64,000 nucleotides of DNA from Alphaproteobacteria bacterium. Lineage in GTDB: Bacteria > Pseudomonadota > Alphaproteobacteria > UBA828. A model generated the notes under the pieces. It was not told where the DNA came from. It ran no database searches and saw only the letters and a list, made by a program, of their open reading frames with translations. Positions 1 through 11,687 of the stretch are shown here, piece after piece (position 1 is the stretch's first letter; every line of letters starts with the position of its first letter). The stretch lies in the NCBI GenBank assembly GCA_965237415.1, contig CBDEFM010000002.1, positions 3,520,001-3,584,000 of the forward strand, read 5' to 3'. The position numbers and the translations under genes were made by a program.

Positions 1-462
1 GCCGCCGCCTGCTTCGCCCTGATCGCCTACGTGGTGGGCAACAGCGTGTTCGCCGACTACCTCCAGGTCCACCACGTGCCAGGCTCCGGCGAGCTTGCGG
101 TCTTCTGCGGTGCTCTGGTCGGCGCGGGACTGGGTTTCCTCTGGTTCAACGCCCCGCCGGCGATGGTCTTCATGGGGGACACCGGCTCGCTCTCCGCCGG
201 TGCAGCGCTCGGCCTCGTCGCGGTGATGACCAAGCACGAGATTGTGCTCGCCATCGTGGGCGGGCTGTTCGTGCTCGAAGCGGTCTCGGTGATCGTGCAG
301 GTCGCCTCGTTCAAGCTCCTTGGTCGGCGGGTCTTCGCGATGGCACCGCTGCACCATCATTTCGAGAAGAAGGGGTTCGCGGAACCGACCATCGTCATTC
401 GCTTCTGGGTGATTGCCGTGATCCTCGCCCTGATCGGGCTCTCGACGCTCAAGCTGAGGTGA
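1..462 (+). CDS. mraY: Phospho-N-acetylmuramoyl-pentapeptide transferase (5'-truncated by window edge)
   Basis: Frame open from base 1; motifs [18 protein letters not shown] and MAPLHHHFE; precedes murD. Confidence 0.97.
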   Translation, partial: AAACFALIAYVVGNSVFADYLQVHHVPGSGELAVFCGALVGAGLGFLWFNAPPAMVFMGDTGSLSAGAALGLVAVMTKHEIVLAIVGGLFVLEAVSVIVQVASFKLLGRRVFAMAPLHHHFEKKGFAEPTIVIRFWVIAVILALIGLSTLKLR

Positions 463-466
463 GCCT

Positions 467-1846
467 GTGATCCGGGTCCCGCTCTATCGCAACCGGCCGG
501 TGGCCGTGCTCGGGCTCGCCCGCTCCGGCCTCGCCGCAGCGCGGGCGCTCAGCGCCGGCGGTGCCCGCGTGCTCTGTTGGGACGATCTGCCGGCGGCGCG
601 CGCGGCGGCACGGGACCAAGGCTTCGAGGTGCGACCCGCTGGCGCCGAGGACGGCATTGCTGCTCTGGTGCCAAGCCCCGGTGTCCCGCTCTCACACCCC
701 GCCATCGTTGCCGCCCACGATGCTGGCGTCGAGTTGGTCGGCGATATCGAGCTCCTCTGGCGCACGTTGCCGGAGCCCCGCTACATCGGCGTCACCGGCA
801 CCAACGGCAAATCGACGACGACGGCGCTCATCGGTCATCTGCTGCGTTCGGCCGGCACCCGCCACGTTCGGGTCGGCGGCAATCTGGGGACCGCCGCCCT
901 CGATCTTGCGCCGGTGCCAGGCGACGGGACCTTCGTCCTCGAGCTCTCCTCCTACCAGCTCGATTTGACCGTCGAGACGACCTTCGACATCGGCGTGCTC
1001 CTGAATGTCGCTCCGGACCATCTCGACCGTCACGGAACCATGGCGGCCTACGTCGACGCGAAGCGCCAGATTTTCCGCCCCGGCCGGCTCGGGACTGCCG
1101 TCATCGGCATCGACGATCCGATCTCGCGCGTCGTCCACGAGTCGCTCCGGGAGCGGGCACAGCTCCAGGTGGTGCCGGTGACCGTGGCGGCCCGATCGCG
1201 CCAAGGCGTTTCCGTCGCAAAGGGGATTCTTCACGAGAATGGCAAGGCGGTCTGCGACCTTTCGCAGGCGGCAGCATTGCCCGGAACGCACAACTGGCAG
1301 AACGCCGCGGCGGCCTTCGCAGCGGCACGGGCCTGCGGGCTCCCGCCCGACCGGCTGGCGCAGGCGCTCCTGGATTTTCCCGGCCTGCCCCACCGGATGG
1401 AGAAGATCGGCAGCGTCGGTGGCATCCCGGTCATCAACGACAGCAAGGCGACGAATGCCGAGGCGGCGGCGCGGGCGATCGCTTGCTTCGAGAATGTCTA
1501 CTGGATCGCCGGCGGGCGGCCCAAGGAAGGCGGAATCGACGCCATCGCGCCCGTCTTCCCGCGCATCGCCCATGCTTTCCTCATCGGCGAGGCCGAGGAG
1601 CGCTTCGCGACCACGCTCGAGGGTCAACTGCCGGTAACCCGCTGCGGCACCCTCGACCGCGCCGTGGCGGCCGCGCTCGACGCCGCCTGCCAGAACGGGC
1701 GCGAGGGCACCGTAGTGCTGTTCTCGCCGGCCTGTGCATCGTTCGATCAGTTCAGCGACTTCGAGCAGCGCGGCGATCGGTTTCGCGCGCTGGTTGCCGT
1801 CGATCGGGCCGCCGCCGGGGAGGAGGCTAAGTCGTGCACGCGGTGA
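467..1846 (+). CDS. murD: UDP-MurNAc-L-Ala:D-Glu ligase
   Basis: GLARSG, SPG, GVTGTNGKSTTT, ELSSYQL, DHLDRH, NDSKATN, SPACASFDQF; dcw position. Confidence 0.96.
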   Translation: MIRVPLYRNRPVAVLGLARSGLAAARALSAGGARVLCWDDLPAARAAARDQGFEVRPAGAEDGIAALVPSPGVPLSHPAIVAAHDAGVELVGDIELLWRTLPEPRYIGVTGTNGKSTTTALIGHLLRSAGTRHVRVGGNLGTAALDLAPVPGDGTFVLELSSYQLDLTVETTFDIGVLLNVAPDHLDRHGTMAAYVDAKRQIFRPGRLGTAVIGIDDPISRVVHESLRERAQLQVVPVTVAARSRQGVSVAKGILHENGKAVCDLSQAAALPGTHNWQNAAAAFAAARACGLPPDRLAQALLDFPGLPHRMEKIGSVGGIPVINDSKATNAEAAARAIACFENVYWIAGGRPKEGGIDAIAPVFPRIAHAFLIGEAEERFATTLEGQLPVTRCGTLDRAVAAALDAACQNGREGTVVLFSPACASFDQFSDFEQRGDRFRALVAVDRAAAGEEAKSCTR

Positions 1847-2970
1847 CGCCCTTCTCCCGCGCGGACACGAGCCTGCTCGGCCGCTGGTGGTGGGCTGTCG
1901 ACCGCTGGGTGCTGACAGCGGTGCTGTTGCTCATGCTGGTCGGCGCGGCCCTGGCGCTGGCCGCCAGCCCGGCCGCCGCCGAGCGGATCGGCCTCGATTC
2001 CTTCCACTTTGCCCGCCAGCACCTGCTCTTCCTGCCGGTGGCGCTGATCGTGATGCTTGGCGTGTCGCTGCTCTCCCGCGCCGGCGTCAAGCGGATCGGC
2101 ACCACAGGCACCGTCCTGAGCATCGCTCTTCTTGCACTCACGCTCATCATCGGGGCGGAGCTGAACGGTGCGCGCCGGTGGTTGCCGCTGGGCGGTTTTC
2201 ACCTGCAGCCGTCCGAATTCGCCAAGCCCTGCCTTGCAGTGTTCATGGCTGCGGTCCTCGCGCGATCTAAGGAAGAGCAGCTGCCCTACGGCAAGCTCTT
2301 CGCGTCGGTCCCCGTGATCCTCGCCGCGCTTCTTCTCGTCCTGCAGCCGGATATCGGGATGGCGACGACGGTGGCCGCCGTCTGGTTCGTGCAGATGTTC
2401 GTGGCCGGCATGCCACTCGCGCTTGCAGTGGTGGGCGGCACAGCGACGGCAGGCGGCCTCTTTTTCGCCTACCACCATCTGACGCATGTCAAGAACCGCA
2501 TCGACCAGTTCATCGACCCCACGACCGGCGATACCTATCAGGTCGACACCTCGCTGCGCGCCTTCGAGGCCGGGGGGCTGTTCGGCCGCGGGCCGGGCGA
2601 GGGGACCGTCAAGAACGCGCTGCCCGATGCGCACACCGACTTCATCTTTGCCGTTGCCGCCGAGGAGTTCGGCGTCATCGCCTGCATCGTCATCATCGGG
2701 CTGTTCGCCTTCATCGTCTTCCGCGGATTCGCCCGCGCCATGCGCGGCGGCGATCTGTTCTCGCTGATCGCGGTCGCCGGCCTGCTCGCCCAATTCGGCT
2801 TCCAGGCCCTGATCAACATGGGAGTCGCAATCAGACTCCTTCCCGCCAAGGGGATGACCCTTCCGTTCCTGAGCTACGGCGGCTCGTCGGCGATGGCGAC
2901 CGCAATCGGCCTCGGAATGGTGCTCGCGCTGACCCGCGAACGGCGGAGCGGAGAAGGATACGTGCTTTGA
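1834..2970 (+). CDS. ftsW: SEDS peptidoglycan polymerase FtsW
   Basis: AGGAGG 7 nt before GTG; [39 protein letters not shown]. Confidence 0.96.
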   Translation: MHAVTPFSRADTSLLGRWWWAVDRWVLTAVLLLMLVGAALALAASPAAAERIGLDSFHFARQHLLFLPVALIVMLGVSLLSRAGVKRIGTTGTVLSIALLALTLIIGAELNGARRWLPLGGFHLQPSEFAKPCLAVFMAAVLARSKEEQLPYGKLFASVPVILAALLLVLQPDIGMATTVAAVWFVQMFVAGMPLALAVVGGTATAGGLFFAYHHLTHVKNRIDQFIDPTTGDTYQVDTSLRAFEAGGLFGRGPGEGTVKNALPDAHTDFIFAVAAEEFGVIACIVIIGLFAFIVFRGFARAMRGGDLFSLIAVAGLLAQFGFQALINMGVAIRLLPAKGMTLPFLSYGGSSAMATAIGLGMVLALTRERRSGEGYVL

Positions 2971-4121
2971 GAACGCCTGCGCCCAACCCTCCCATTCTCC
3001 TCGCAGCAGGCGGAACTGGCGGCCACGTGTTTCCGGCGGAGGCCCTTGCGGCGGAGCTGGAAGCACGTGGCCGTCGTCTTGTTCTCATGACGGATCGGAG
3101 GGGCGTCGCATTCGGCGACGTTCTGGGGCGCATCGAAAGACACGCCATCGCCAGCCGGAGCCCGAGCGTACGCGGGCCGTTGGCGCGCGGCCTCGCCGTG
3201 CTCGGGCTCGTGCGTGCGGTCATACAGGCCGCGTGCGTGCTGCGCCGGATTCGCCCGGCGGCGGCCGTGGGATTCGGCGGCTATCCGTCGGTGCCGCCGC
3301 TGGTGGCGAGCGGGCGGCTCGGCATCCCGAGCGTGCTGCACGAGCAGAATGCGGTGCTCGGGCGCGCCAACCGGATGCTCGCCCGCCGCGCGGCGGCGAT
3401 CGCCACGTCGTTTCCAGAGACCGAGCGGATTCCCCGCAACCGTGCGGGCCTCGTCACGCATGTGGGAAACCCCGTGCGCGCCGCCATCGCGGCGTTGCGC
3501 GGCACTCAGTACGACCCGCCCGCACCGGACGGGCCGTTCCGCCTGCTGGTGACCGGCGGCAGCCAGGGTGCGCGGGTTTTCGCCGAAATCGTACCGGCGG
3601 CGGTGGCGGCGCTGCCGCAGTCTCTCCGGCGGCGGATCGAGGTGAGCCAGCAATGCCGCCCGGAGGACCTGGCTGGAGTCGAGCGCAGCTACGGCGAGGC
3701 GGGGGTGGAGGCGCGGCTCGCGCGCTTCTTCGAGGACATGCCGGCGCGCCTCGGCGAGGCGCACCTCGTGATCTGCCGCGCAGGCGCGTCGACCATCGCC
3801 GAGCTCGCCGCAGCGGGACGGCCGGCGATCCTGGTGCCGCTGCCGATCGCCGCGGACGACCACCAGAGCGCGAACGGGCGGGCCATGGTGGCAGCCGGTG
3901 CGGCCATCATGATCGCGCAGCCATCGTTCACGTCGGCGCGGCTCGCTCAGGAGCTCGAGACGCTCATGGCAGAGCCCGCCGAGCTGACCCGGCGCGCGGC
4001 CTCGGCACAGAGCTTCGCCCGGCCCGATGCGGCACACGCACTGGCCGACCTCGTCGAGGGCCTGATCGGCGGCCCGGCCCAACAGGCGGCGTTGGCGGAA
4101 CGCGGCGGGGGCGCGGCATGA
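2967..4121 (+). CDS. murG: Undecaprenyl-PP-MurNAc-pentapeptide GlcNAc transferase
   Basis: [39 protein letters not shown]. Confidence 0.97.
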   Translation: MRTPAPNPPILLAAGGTGGHVFPAEALAAELEARGRRLVLMTDRRGVAFGDVLGRIERHAIASRSPSVRGPLARGLAVLGLVRAVIQAACVLRRIRPAAAVGFGGYPSVPPLVASGRLGIPSVLHEQNAVLGRANRMLARRAAAIATSFPETERIPRNRAGLVTHVGNPVRAAIAALRGTQYDPPAPDGPFRLLVTGGSQGARVFAEIVPAAVAALPQSLRRRIEVSQQCRPEDLAGVERSYGEAGVEARLARFFEDMPARLGEAHLVICRAGASTIAELAAAGRPAILVPLPIAADDHQSANGRAMVAAGAAIMIAQPSFTSARLAQELETLMAEPAELTRRAASAQSFARPDAAHALADLVEGLIGGPAQQAALAERGGGAA

Positions 4122-5563
4122 AGGCGATGCCCTTCACCATCGGCACGATCCACTTCGTCGGCATCGGCGGAATCGGCATGAGCGGCATTGCCGAGATCAT
4201 GCATAACCTCGGCTACCGGGTCCAAGGCAGCGACATCGCCGAGAGCGCGACCGTGCGTCGCCTGCGCGCGCTGGGCATTCCGATCTCCCGCGGCCACGGT
4301 GCCGAGACCATCGACGACGTGGCGGTGCTGGTCGTCTCGTCGGCCATCGCCGAAGACAACGTCGAGATCGTGGCCGCCGGCGAGCGCCACATCCCCGTGG
4401 TGCAACGGGCCGAGATGCTGGCCGAGCTGATGCGGCTCAAGTGGTCGGTGGCGGTTGCCGGCACCCACGGCAAGACGACCACGACCTCGATCATCGCAGC
4501 CATGCTCGACTGCGCCGGGATGGATCCGACGGTCATCAACGGTGGCATCATCAATGCCTACGGCACCAACGCACGCCTGGGCGCCGGCGATTGGATGGTC
4601 GTCGAGGCCGACGAGTCCGACGGCAGCTTTGTCAAGCTGCCGGCCATCGCCGCCGTCATCACCAATATCGACCGCGAGCACATGGAGTTTTACGGCGACT
4701 TCGACGCCGTGCGTTGGGCCTATCAGTCCTTTGTCGAGAACATCCCCTTCTACGGTGTCGCCGCGCTCTGCATCGACCACCCGGAGGTGCAGGCCCTGAT
4801 CGGGCGCATCGAGGACCGGCGCATCGTGACATACGGCTTGAGCCCCCAAGCCGAGGTGAGGGCGGTCAACATCGCTGGCGACCTGCTGGGCTCGACCTTC
4901 GATGTCGTCGTCTCCGGCTACGTCCACGAGCGGCACGGCACCATGGAGGGTGTGCGGCTCCCGATGCTGGGCGCGCACAACGTGCAGAACGCCCTCGCGG
5001 CGATCGCCGTCGGCCGCGAGATGGGCTTTCCCGAGGCCGTGATCCGCCGCTCGCTGGCGGAATTTGCAGGTGTCGAGCGCCGCTTCACCAAGGTCGGCGT
5101 CGTTGGCGGGGTCACGGTGATCGACGATTACGGACACCACCCGGTCGAGATCGCCGCCGTCCTCAGCGCCGCACGCAGCGCTTATCACCGGCGCATCGTC
5201 GCCGTCGTGCAGCCCCATCGCTACACGCGCCTGCGCGATCTCTTCGAGGAGTTCTGCAGCTGCTTCAACGACGCAGACACGGTCGTCGTCGCCGACGTTC
5301 ATCCTGCCGGCGAGCAGCCCATCGAAGGGATCGACCGCGAGGCGTTGGTCGAGGGCCTGTGGCGCCACGGCCACCGCCATGTGCTCCCGCTCGAGGAGCC
5401 CGAAGCCTTGCCGGCAATGATCGACACCCTGGTGGAGCCCGGCGACCTCGTCGTCTGCCTCGGCGCCGGCAGCATCACCCACTGGGCACGGGCGCTTCCC
5501 GCCGCCCTCGAAGGCCTCGGGGACGGCGCGAGGGCGGCAAGCCCGGCCGGGCAGTCGTCATGA
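4118..5563 (+). CDS. murC: UDP-MurNAc:L-Ala ligase
   Basis: ATG overlaps murG stop (ATGA); [45 protein letters not shown]. Confidence 0.97.
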   Translation: MKAMPFTIGTIHFVGIGGIGMSGIAEIMHNLGYRVQGSDIAESATVRRLRALGIPISRGHGAETIDDVAVLVVSSAIAEDNVEIVAAGERHIPVVQRAEMLAELMRLKWSVAVAGTHGKTTTTSIIAAMLDCAGMDPTVINGGIINAYGTNARLGAGDWMVVEADESDGSFVKLPAIAAVITNIDREHMEFYGDFDAVRWAYQSFVENIPFYGVAALCIDHPEVQALIGRIEDRRIVTYGLSPQAEVRAVNIAGDLLGSTFDVVVSGYVHERHGTMEGVRLPMLGAHNVQNALAAIAVGREMGFPEAVIRRSLAEFAGVERRFTKVGVVGGVTVIDDYGHHPVEIAAVLSAARSAYHRRIVAVVQPHRYTRLRDLFEEFCSCFNDADTVVVADVHPAGEQPIEGIDREALVEGLWRHGHRHVLPLEEPEALPAMIDTLVEPGDLVVCLGAGSITHWARALPAALEGLGDGARAASPAGQSS

Positions 5564-6522
5564 TGGCGAGCAGCAAGATGGCAGACTGGGACGACAGGCT
5601 GCCAAGGGTTCGCGGCCGCTATGCGTTCGACGTTGACCTCTCCCGGACGGTCTGGTTCCGCGCCGGCGGCCGCGCCGATGTCGTGTTTCGGCCGGCGGAT
5701 ATTGACGATCTCGCGCACTTCCTCGCTGCCCGCCCTGCCGATGTGCCGGTAACCGTGATCGGCCTCGGCTCCAACCTTCTGGTGCGCGACGGCGGCGTGG
5801 AGGGCGTTGTCGTCCGCCTGCGGCAGGGATTTCGCGATGTGCGCGTGCGTTGGCAGGATGAGCGCGCGCTGGTCGATGCCGGCGCCGGCGCTCTCGACAT
5901 GAACGTCGCTCGCTATTGCCGCGATCAAGGGGTCGACGGCCTGGCCTTTCTCAGCGGCATTCCCGGCACCATCGGCGGCGCGCTCCGCATGAATGCGGGC
6001 GCCTACGGCTACGAGATGGCCGATGTTCTCGTCGAGGCGCGGGCGCTTGACGGCGACGGCACCATGCACGTGCTCGCGCCGGATGCGATGGGCCTCTCCT
6101 ACCGCCATTCGGACGTGCCGGACGACTGGATACTTGTCTCGGCCGTACTCGCCGGGCGTCGTGGAGAACCCGCTGCGATCGCCCGTCATATGGAAGAGAT
6201 CAACGCCGCGCGGGAAGCGAGTCAGCCGATCCGCGCCCGCACCGGCGGCAGCACCTTCACCAACCCCGAAGGCCACAAGGCGTGGGAGTTGATCGACAAG
6301 GCCGGCTGCCGCGGCCTCGCCCGGGGCGGAGCCCAGATTTCGGAGCAGCACTGCAACTTTATCGTCAATGCCGGCGGCGCTACGGCCTCGGACATCGAGG
6401 GGCTCGGCGAGGAGGTTCGCCGCCGCGTCGAGCAGAAAACCGGCCTCTCGCTCAAGTGGGAGATTCGCAGGATCGGCCGACACGGCTGCTGGCCCGAGGA
6501 TAGAGGGGAAGGCGAAGTATGA
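5560..6522 (+). CDS. murB: UDP-N-acetylenolpyruvoylglucosamine reductase
   Basis: ATGA overlap with murC stop; [37 protein letters not shown]. Confidence 0.96.
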   Translation: MMASSKMADWDDRLPRVRGRYAFDVDLSRTVWFRAGGRADVVFRPADIDDLAHFLAARPADVPVTVIGLGSNLLVRDGGVEGVVVRLRQGFRDVRVRWQDERALVDAGAGALDMNVARYCRDQGVDGLAFLSGIPGTIGGALRMNAGAYGYEMADVLVEARALDGDGTMHVLAPDAMGLSYRHSDVPDDWILVSAVLAGRRGEPAAIARHMEEINAAREASQPIRARTGGSTFTNPEGHKAWELIDKAGCRGLARGGAQISEQHCNFIVNAGGATASDIEGLGEEVRRRVEQKTGLSLKWEIRRIGRHGCWPEDRGEGEV

Positions 6523-7439
6523 GCGCCGCAGGCAAGCATGTCGCCGTGCTAAAGGGCGGCTGGTCCGCCGAGCGCGAGGTGTCGCTGGTGTCCGGTGACG
6601 CCGTGGAGCGTGCGCTTGCCGAGGGCGGCTATCGCGTGACTGGCATCGACGTAACCCGAGACCTGCCGGCAACCCTGGCCGAGGTCCGACCGGACGTTGT
6701 GTTCAATGCCCTGCACGGCTCCATCGGCGAGGACGGATGCGTCCAGGGGCTGCTCGAGGTCATGGGCCTGCCCTACTCCCATTCGGGCGTGCTCGCCTCT
6801 GCGCTGGCAATGGACAAGCCCGCGGCGAAGCAGCTCTTCGCCGATGCCGGGCTCGCCTGCCCCGAGGGCCGCGTGATGCGCCGCACCGAGATCGCCGCCG
6901 GCGCCGCCGGCGAGCCGCCCTACGTCATCAAGCCACTCGACCAGGGCTCCAGCGTGGGCGTCCAGCTCGTTTTCAGCGGCGACAACGCGGTGCTGCCCAA
7001 CGGCGATTGGCCCTTTGGCGATCAGGTGCTTGTCGAGCGCTACATCCCGGGGCGCGAGATCCAGGTAGCGGTGATGGGGGAGCGCGCGCTCGGCGCCATC
7101 GAGATCCGGCCGAAGGGGCGCTTCTACGACTACGAGGCCAAGTACACTGAGGGCCGCGCCGACCACCACATGCCAGCCCCGATCCATCCGGACGCCTATG
7201 CCGAAGCGCTGGAGATCGCGCTCAAAGCCCACCGGGCGCTCGGCTGCCGGGGCGTGAGCCGCGCCGATCTCCGCTACGACGACACGGCGGGCGAGCCGGG
7301 CCGCTTCTACTTGCTCGAAATCAATACCCAACCGGGCATGACGCCGCTCTCGCTCGTGCCCGAGATCGCCGCCGACGCGGGCATCAGCTTCGAGGAGCTC
7401 GTCCGCTGGCTCGTGGAGAACGCCGCATGCGACAGCTGA
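6519..7439 (+). CDS. ddl: D-Ala-D-Ala ligase
   Basis: GGWSAEREVSL, LHG-GEDG, GSSVG, YDYEAKY, EINTQPGMT. Confidence 0.97.
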   Translation: MSAAGKHVAVLKGGWSAEREVSLVSGDAVERALAEGGYRVTGIDVTRDLPATLAEVRPDVVFNALHGSIGEDGCVQGLLEVMGLPYSHSGVLASALAMDKPAAKQLFADAGLACPEGRVMRRTEIAAGAAGEPPYVIKPLDQGSSVGVQLVFSGDNAVLPNGDWPFGDQVLVERYIPGREIQVAVMGERALGAIEIRPKGRFYDYEAKYTEGRADHHMPAPIHPDAYAEALEIALKAHRALGCRGVSRADLRYDDTAGEPGRFYLLEINTQPGMTPLSLVPEIAADAGISFEELVRWLVENAACDS

Positions 7440-8272
7440 GCCTCTTCGGCACACGGAAGGAGGCCGCGCGGCCGGCGCCGCGCCCGGGCGTGTCCCGCCT
7501 TGCCTCGCGGCGCGTGCTCAAGTGGGCGGCCATTGCGCTGACGGGCGGCGGGATCGTTGCTGCGGCGATCTGGGTCGTCCAGCCCGGCACGCTCAAGGGC
7601 GTGGGCGACGGCATCAGAGCGGGCTTCGTTTCGGCGACGGCAGACGCGGGCATGACGGTGCAGCGCATCCACACCGAGGGCCAGAACCAATCGTCGCCCG
7701 ACGCGATCCACGCTGCCGTGAGTATCGATTTCGGTACGCCCATCTTCGACGTGGATCTAGCCGCCGCGCGCGACCGTATTCAGGCCATCGGCTGGGTCGA
7801 GAGCGTGACCGTCGAACGCCATCTGCCGTCCACGATCCATGTGCGCATTGTCGAGCGCACGCCGGTAGCGCTGTGGCAGCGCAATCAACGATTGGTCATG
7901 GTCGACCGCGCCGGCGCGGAAATCGCCGCCGAATCAGTCGCTCAGTTTGCCCATTTGCCGATCATCGTGGGCGACGGTGCGCTCGACCACATGCCAACCC
8001 TGCTCGATGCGATGGCGACCAACCCGGCGCTGTCGGGGCGTGTGCAGGCGGCCATCTGGATCGGCGGGCGGCGCTGGACGCTCCATTTCGACAACGGCCT
8101 TGAGGCCAAGCTCCCCGAGATCGAGATCGGAGAAGCCTGGGCGCGCCTCGTCAGGGAGATCGGCGACCACCGCCTCCTCGACGAGCCGATCGCGGTCGTC
8201 GACCTGCGCCTCCCCGACCGGACGATTTTCCGCGCCCGGCCGCCCGAGCTGCCCGCCGACGACCGCACATGA
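7427..8272 (+). CDS. ftsQ: Cell division protein FtsQ
   Basis: Short cytoplasmic tail, single TM, POTRA-like WVESVTVERHLP, C-terminal VDLRLPDR; between ddl and ftsA. Confidence 0.93.
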   Translation: MRQLSLFGTRKEAARPAPRPGVSRLASRRVLKWAAIALTGGGIVAAAIWVVQPGTLKGVGDGIRAGFVSATADAGMTVQRIHTEGQNQSSPDAIHAAVSIDFGTPIFDVDLAAARDRIQAIGWVESVTVERHLPSTIHVRIVERTPVALWQRNQRLVMVDRAGAEIAAESVAQFAHLPIIVGDGALDHMPTLLDAMATNPALSGRVQAAIWIGGRRWTLHFDNGLEAKLPEIEIGEAWARLVREIGDHRLLDEPIAVVDLRLPDRTIFRARPPELPADDRT

Positions 8273-8294
8273 AGAGACTGGGAGCTCTGACGCT

Positions 8295-9557
8295 GTGATC
8301 GCAGCCCTCGACATCGGCACGACCAAGGTGGCCTGCCTCGTCGCCCACCGCGACGCCGAAGGCACGCTCTCCGTCGTCGGCAGCGGTCAGGAGGTCGCCG
8401 CCGGCATGCACGCCGGCCGGGTCGTCGACATGGCCCAGGCGGAGGAGGCGATCCGTACCGCTGTCCACCGCGCTGAACGGATGGCTGGCGAGACCGTTCG
8501 CAGCGTCTTCGTCGGCACCTCGGGCGGCGCACCGAGCTCGAGTTTCGCCGATGTCGAGGTCGACGTCGGCGGCCGCGAGATCGCGGAGCGCCACATTCAG
8601 CGCGCGTTCGACCAGTTGCAGCTGTCGGACGACGGGCGCGAGCGCGACATCCTGCACGCCGTGCCCATCGACTACGCCCTCGACGGAGCGCCGGGCATCA
8701 GGGATCCGCGCGGCATGTACGGCGAGAGCCTCCAGGTTCGTCTGCATGTGGTGAGCGTTCCGAACGGTAGTTTGCGCAATCTGCTTACCTGCGTCTCCCA
8801 CTGCGATCTGCAGGTAGCTGTACCTGTGGCGGCCGCCTACGCCTCGGGCCTCGCATGCCTGGTCTCCGACGAGATCGATCTTGGGGCTACCTGCGTCGAC
8901 ATCGGCGGCGGCACGACCAAGCTCGCCATCTTCAGTGGCGGCAATCTGGTGTGGACGGAGACCCTCCCAATCGGCGGGGATCACGTCACCAATGACATCG
9001 CACAAGGACTGTCGACACCGATCGCGAGCGCGGAGCGCATGAAGCGCCTCCATGGGAGCCCGGCAGACGAGACGGCGGACGCAAACGAAACCATCGAGGT
9101 GCCGGAGATCGGGCCTGAGAACGGCCACTCCGGCGCTGCCCACCATGTGCCGCGCCCCATGCTCACGCGGATCGTGCGTGCCCGCCTCGAAGAGATCTTC
9201 GAGTTTGCCCGCGCCCGAATCGAAGCGAGCGGGCTCGACAGGTGGTCGGGAAACCGCGTCGTCATCAGCGGCGGCGCGAGCCAGACCTCTGACCTCGCCG
9301 ACCTCGCCGGCCGAATCCTCGACAAGCAGGTCCGGTTGGCCCGCCCACTCTCCCTGCCCGGTCTGGCGCAAGCCGTCTCAGGCCCCGAATTCGCGACCTG
9401 CGCCGGCCTGCTCGTCTATGCGGCGCGAAAGCACGCAGAGCCATGGGCCGTGCCTGCGCGCGACACCGCTGCCGGGCCCTTCACCAACACTCTCGCGCGC
9501 CTCGGCCGGTGGCTGAGGGGCAACCTCTGGGAACACACCGACCAACGAACACCGTAG
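8295..9557 (+). CDS. ftsA: Cell division protein FtsA (start GTG 8295 inferred)
   Basis: [38 protein letters not shown]-terminal amphipathic LGRWLRGN. Confidence 0.95.
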   Translation: MIAALDIGTTKVACLVAHRDAEGTLSVVGSGQEVAAGMHAGRVVDMAQAEEAIRTAVHRAERMAGETVRSVFVGTSGGAPSSSFADVEVDVGGREIAERHIQRAFDQLQLSDDGRERDILHAVPIDYALDGAPGIRDPRGMYGESLQVRLHVVSVPNGSLRNLLTCVSHCDLQVAVPVAAAYASGLACLVSDEIDLGATCVDIGGGTTKLAIFSGGNLVWTETLPIGGDHVTNDIAQGLSTPIASAERMKRLHGSPADETADANETIEVPEIGPENGHSGAAHHVPRPMLTRIVRARLEEIFEFARARIEASGLDRWSGNRVVISGGASQTSDLADLAGRILDKQVRLARPLSLPGLAQAVSGPEFATCAGLLVYAARKHAEPWAVPARDTAAGPFTNTLARLGRWLRGNLWEHTDQRTP

Positions 9558-9568
9558 AGGAGGACACC

Positions 9569-11473
9569 ATGACCATCGATTTCATGCCGGAACGGCAACC
9601 GGAAAACAGACCACGTATCACGGTCTTCGGTGTCGGCGGTGCCGGCAGCAATGCCGTGAACAACATGATCGCCGGCGACCTGGAGGGCGTCGAGTTTGTC
9701 GTCGCCAATACCGACGCGCAGTCCCTCTTCCAGTCGATGTGCGAGCATCGGGTGCGCCTCGGTGCCAACATCACGCAAGGGCTGGGCGCCGGCGCCCGTG
9801 CCGACATCGGCAAAGTGGCCGCAGAAGAAGCCCTCGACGACATCCAGAGCTATCTCGAGGGGAACAACATGGTGTTCATTGCCGCGGGCATGGGCGGCGG
9901 CACGGGAACCGGCGCAGCGCCGGTGATCGCGCGTGCCGCGCGCGAGCACGGCATCCTGACGGTCGGCGTCGTCACCAAGCCGTTCCACTTCGAAGGATCC
10001 CAGCGCATGCGGATCGCGGAGCGCGGCATTCAGGAGCTCCACCAGTATGTGGACACGCTGATCGTCATCCCGAACCAGAACCTGTTCCGCGTGGCCAGCG
10101 AAGAGACCACCTTCGCAGACGCCTTCGGCATGGCTGACAACGTGCTGCACGCAGGCGTGCGCGGCGTGACCGATCTCATGGTCAACCCCGGCCTCATCAA
10201 CCTCGATTTCGCTGACGTCCGCACGGTGATGGGCACCATGGGCAAGGCGATGATGGGCACCGGGGAGGCCGAAGGCGAGAATCGCGCCACGGAAGCGGCC
10301 GAGGCGGCGATCAACAACCCGCTTCTCGACAATGCGTCGATCGAAGGGGCGCGCGGTGTTCTGATTAACGTGACCGGCGGCACCGACGTCACGCTTCACG
10401 AGGTGGACGCGGCGGCCTCGCGCATCTGCAAGCAGGTGGACGAGGAAGCCACCATCATCTTCGGCACCAGCCTCGATCAGAAGATGAACGGTCACATGCG
10501 CGTCGCCGTGATTGCCACCGGCATTGACTCGGATGAGGTTCGTGCACCGGTGCCCGAGTCTACCGACAATATCCATGTCCTCGGCTTTTCCGACCGTAAG
10601 GGGACGAGCAGCGGTGGCGGCGCAGTGTCGTCGGCAGAGCCTGAGAAGGAGGCAGTCGATTCGGTGGTGGCGCCGTCCTCCGCCGCCACCGAAACCGACG
10701 AGAACGATATCGTGATCCCTGTCGCAGAGGCAGTCGCCGAATCGGCCGCAGCCGTGGGCGGTGGCGGAACGCAGTCCGCTCCGGCGGTCTCCGCCACACC
10801 GCGTCCGGCCACGACTTCGCGTGCTCACGCCCCTGCGTCGCCTGAGCCGCGGGCAAAGCAGGAGCACAAGGCGGTGGCGGCAAGTGCATCCGGCGGCGTT
10901 GCCGCCCGGGCGACCGTTGCAAACGCCAAAGCGAAAGCCCAGCGGCCCGCAGCGCGGTTCGGTCCTCCCGCAGCCAAGGCGCCCGAAGCCAGGAGACCCG
11001 AAGCCCGGGCACCCGAAGCTAGGACGCCCGAGCGAAAGGTCGCCCCACCGATCGAGCGCCCGGCCCCTGCACCTCGCCGCGCGGACGCAAACGATGCGCC
11101 GTCGCCCGACAGACCCTCGCTCTTCGAGCGGATGACCGGCACCGGGCGGGCGCGTCGGAACGGTGCCGACGGCGACGGGCTTCCCGCCCGCAGGGATCCG
11201 CGCATGCCCACGTCGGCGGAGGCGAAGCCCAACGGTCAGCAGAGGAGCGGTCCGGAGGCGCGGCTTCGCACTGACTTGCCGCCGCGGACCACGACTGCGC
11301 CGATGCTGGGCAAGGATGTGCCCAAGATGACGGCATCGGCACCCGCGCCGGCACCGGCAACGGCGAAGCCGCCCGAGCTGTTCCATGACGGGCATTCGCA
11401 GTCTGCGAGAGCGCCTGGAAGTACGAATGACCCGCTCGATATACCGGCTTTTCTCCGTCGACAGGCCAACTGA
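9569..11473 (+). CDS. ftsZ: Cell division protein FtsZ, 634 aa with long C-terminal linker
   Basis: GAGGAGG RBS; [28 protein letters not shown]-terminal [12 protein letters not shown]. Confidence 0.98.
   Translation: MTIDFMPERQPENRPRITVFGVGGAGSNAVNNMIAGDLEGVEFVVANTDAQSLFQSMCEHRVRLGANITQGLGAGARADIGKVAAEEALDDIQSYLEGNNMVFIAAGMGGGTGTGAAPVIARAAREHGILTVGVVTKPFHFEGSQRMRIAERGIQELHQYVDTLIVIPNQNLFRVASEETTFADAFGMADNVLHAGVRGVTDLMVNPGLINLDFADVRTVMGTMGKAMMGTGEAEGENRATEAAEAAINNPLLDNASIEGARGVLINVTGGTDVTLHEVDAAASRICKQVDEEATIIFGTSLDQKMNGHMRVAVIATGIDSDEVRAPVPESTDNIHVLGFSDRKGTSSGGGAVSSAEPEKEAVDSVVAPSSAATETDENDIVIPVAEAVAESAAAVGGGGTQSAPAVSATPRPATTSRAHAPASPEPRAKQEHKAVAASASGGVAARATVANAKAKAQRPAARFGPPAAKAPEARRPEARAPEARTPERKVAPPIERPAPAPRRADANDAPSPDRPSLFERMTGTGRARRNGADGDGLPARRDPRMPTSAEAKPNGQQRSGPEARLRTDLPPRTTTAPMLGKDVPKMTASAPAPAPATAKPPELFHDGHSQSARAPGSTNDPLDIPAFLRRQAN
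10982..11035 (+). repeat. 15-bp-period imperfect tandem repeat (PEARx x4) in the ftsZ linker
   Basis: CCCGAAGC at 10982, 10997, 11012 and CCCGAGCG at 11027. Confidence 0.85.
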
Positions 11474-11487
11474 GCGCGAGAAAGGAC

Positions 11488-11505
11488 CGTAACAACTCGT
11501 AACAA
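11488..11505. promoter_or_regulatory. Direct repeat CGTAACAA-N2-CGTAACAA upstream of lpxC; candidate transcription-factor site
   Basis: Exact 8-bp direct repeat with 10-bp period in an AT-richer intergenic patch; function inferred. Confidence 0.45.
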
Positions 11506-11687
11506 ACAGTGATTTGCGCGCTGGCGGCGCGTTTGCCAGGATCGTCTCCGATCTTGATCGCCGAATCCCTTCGCGGTTGGGTCGGGTTGCTCTGGCAAAC
11601 GTGCCGTCTGCCGCGGCACGCCCGGCAGGACGAAGGGGGCGGCGATATGGTGTGAATGGCCAGAGGGCGACCCGCGCCCATGAAACA

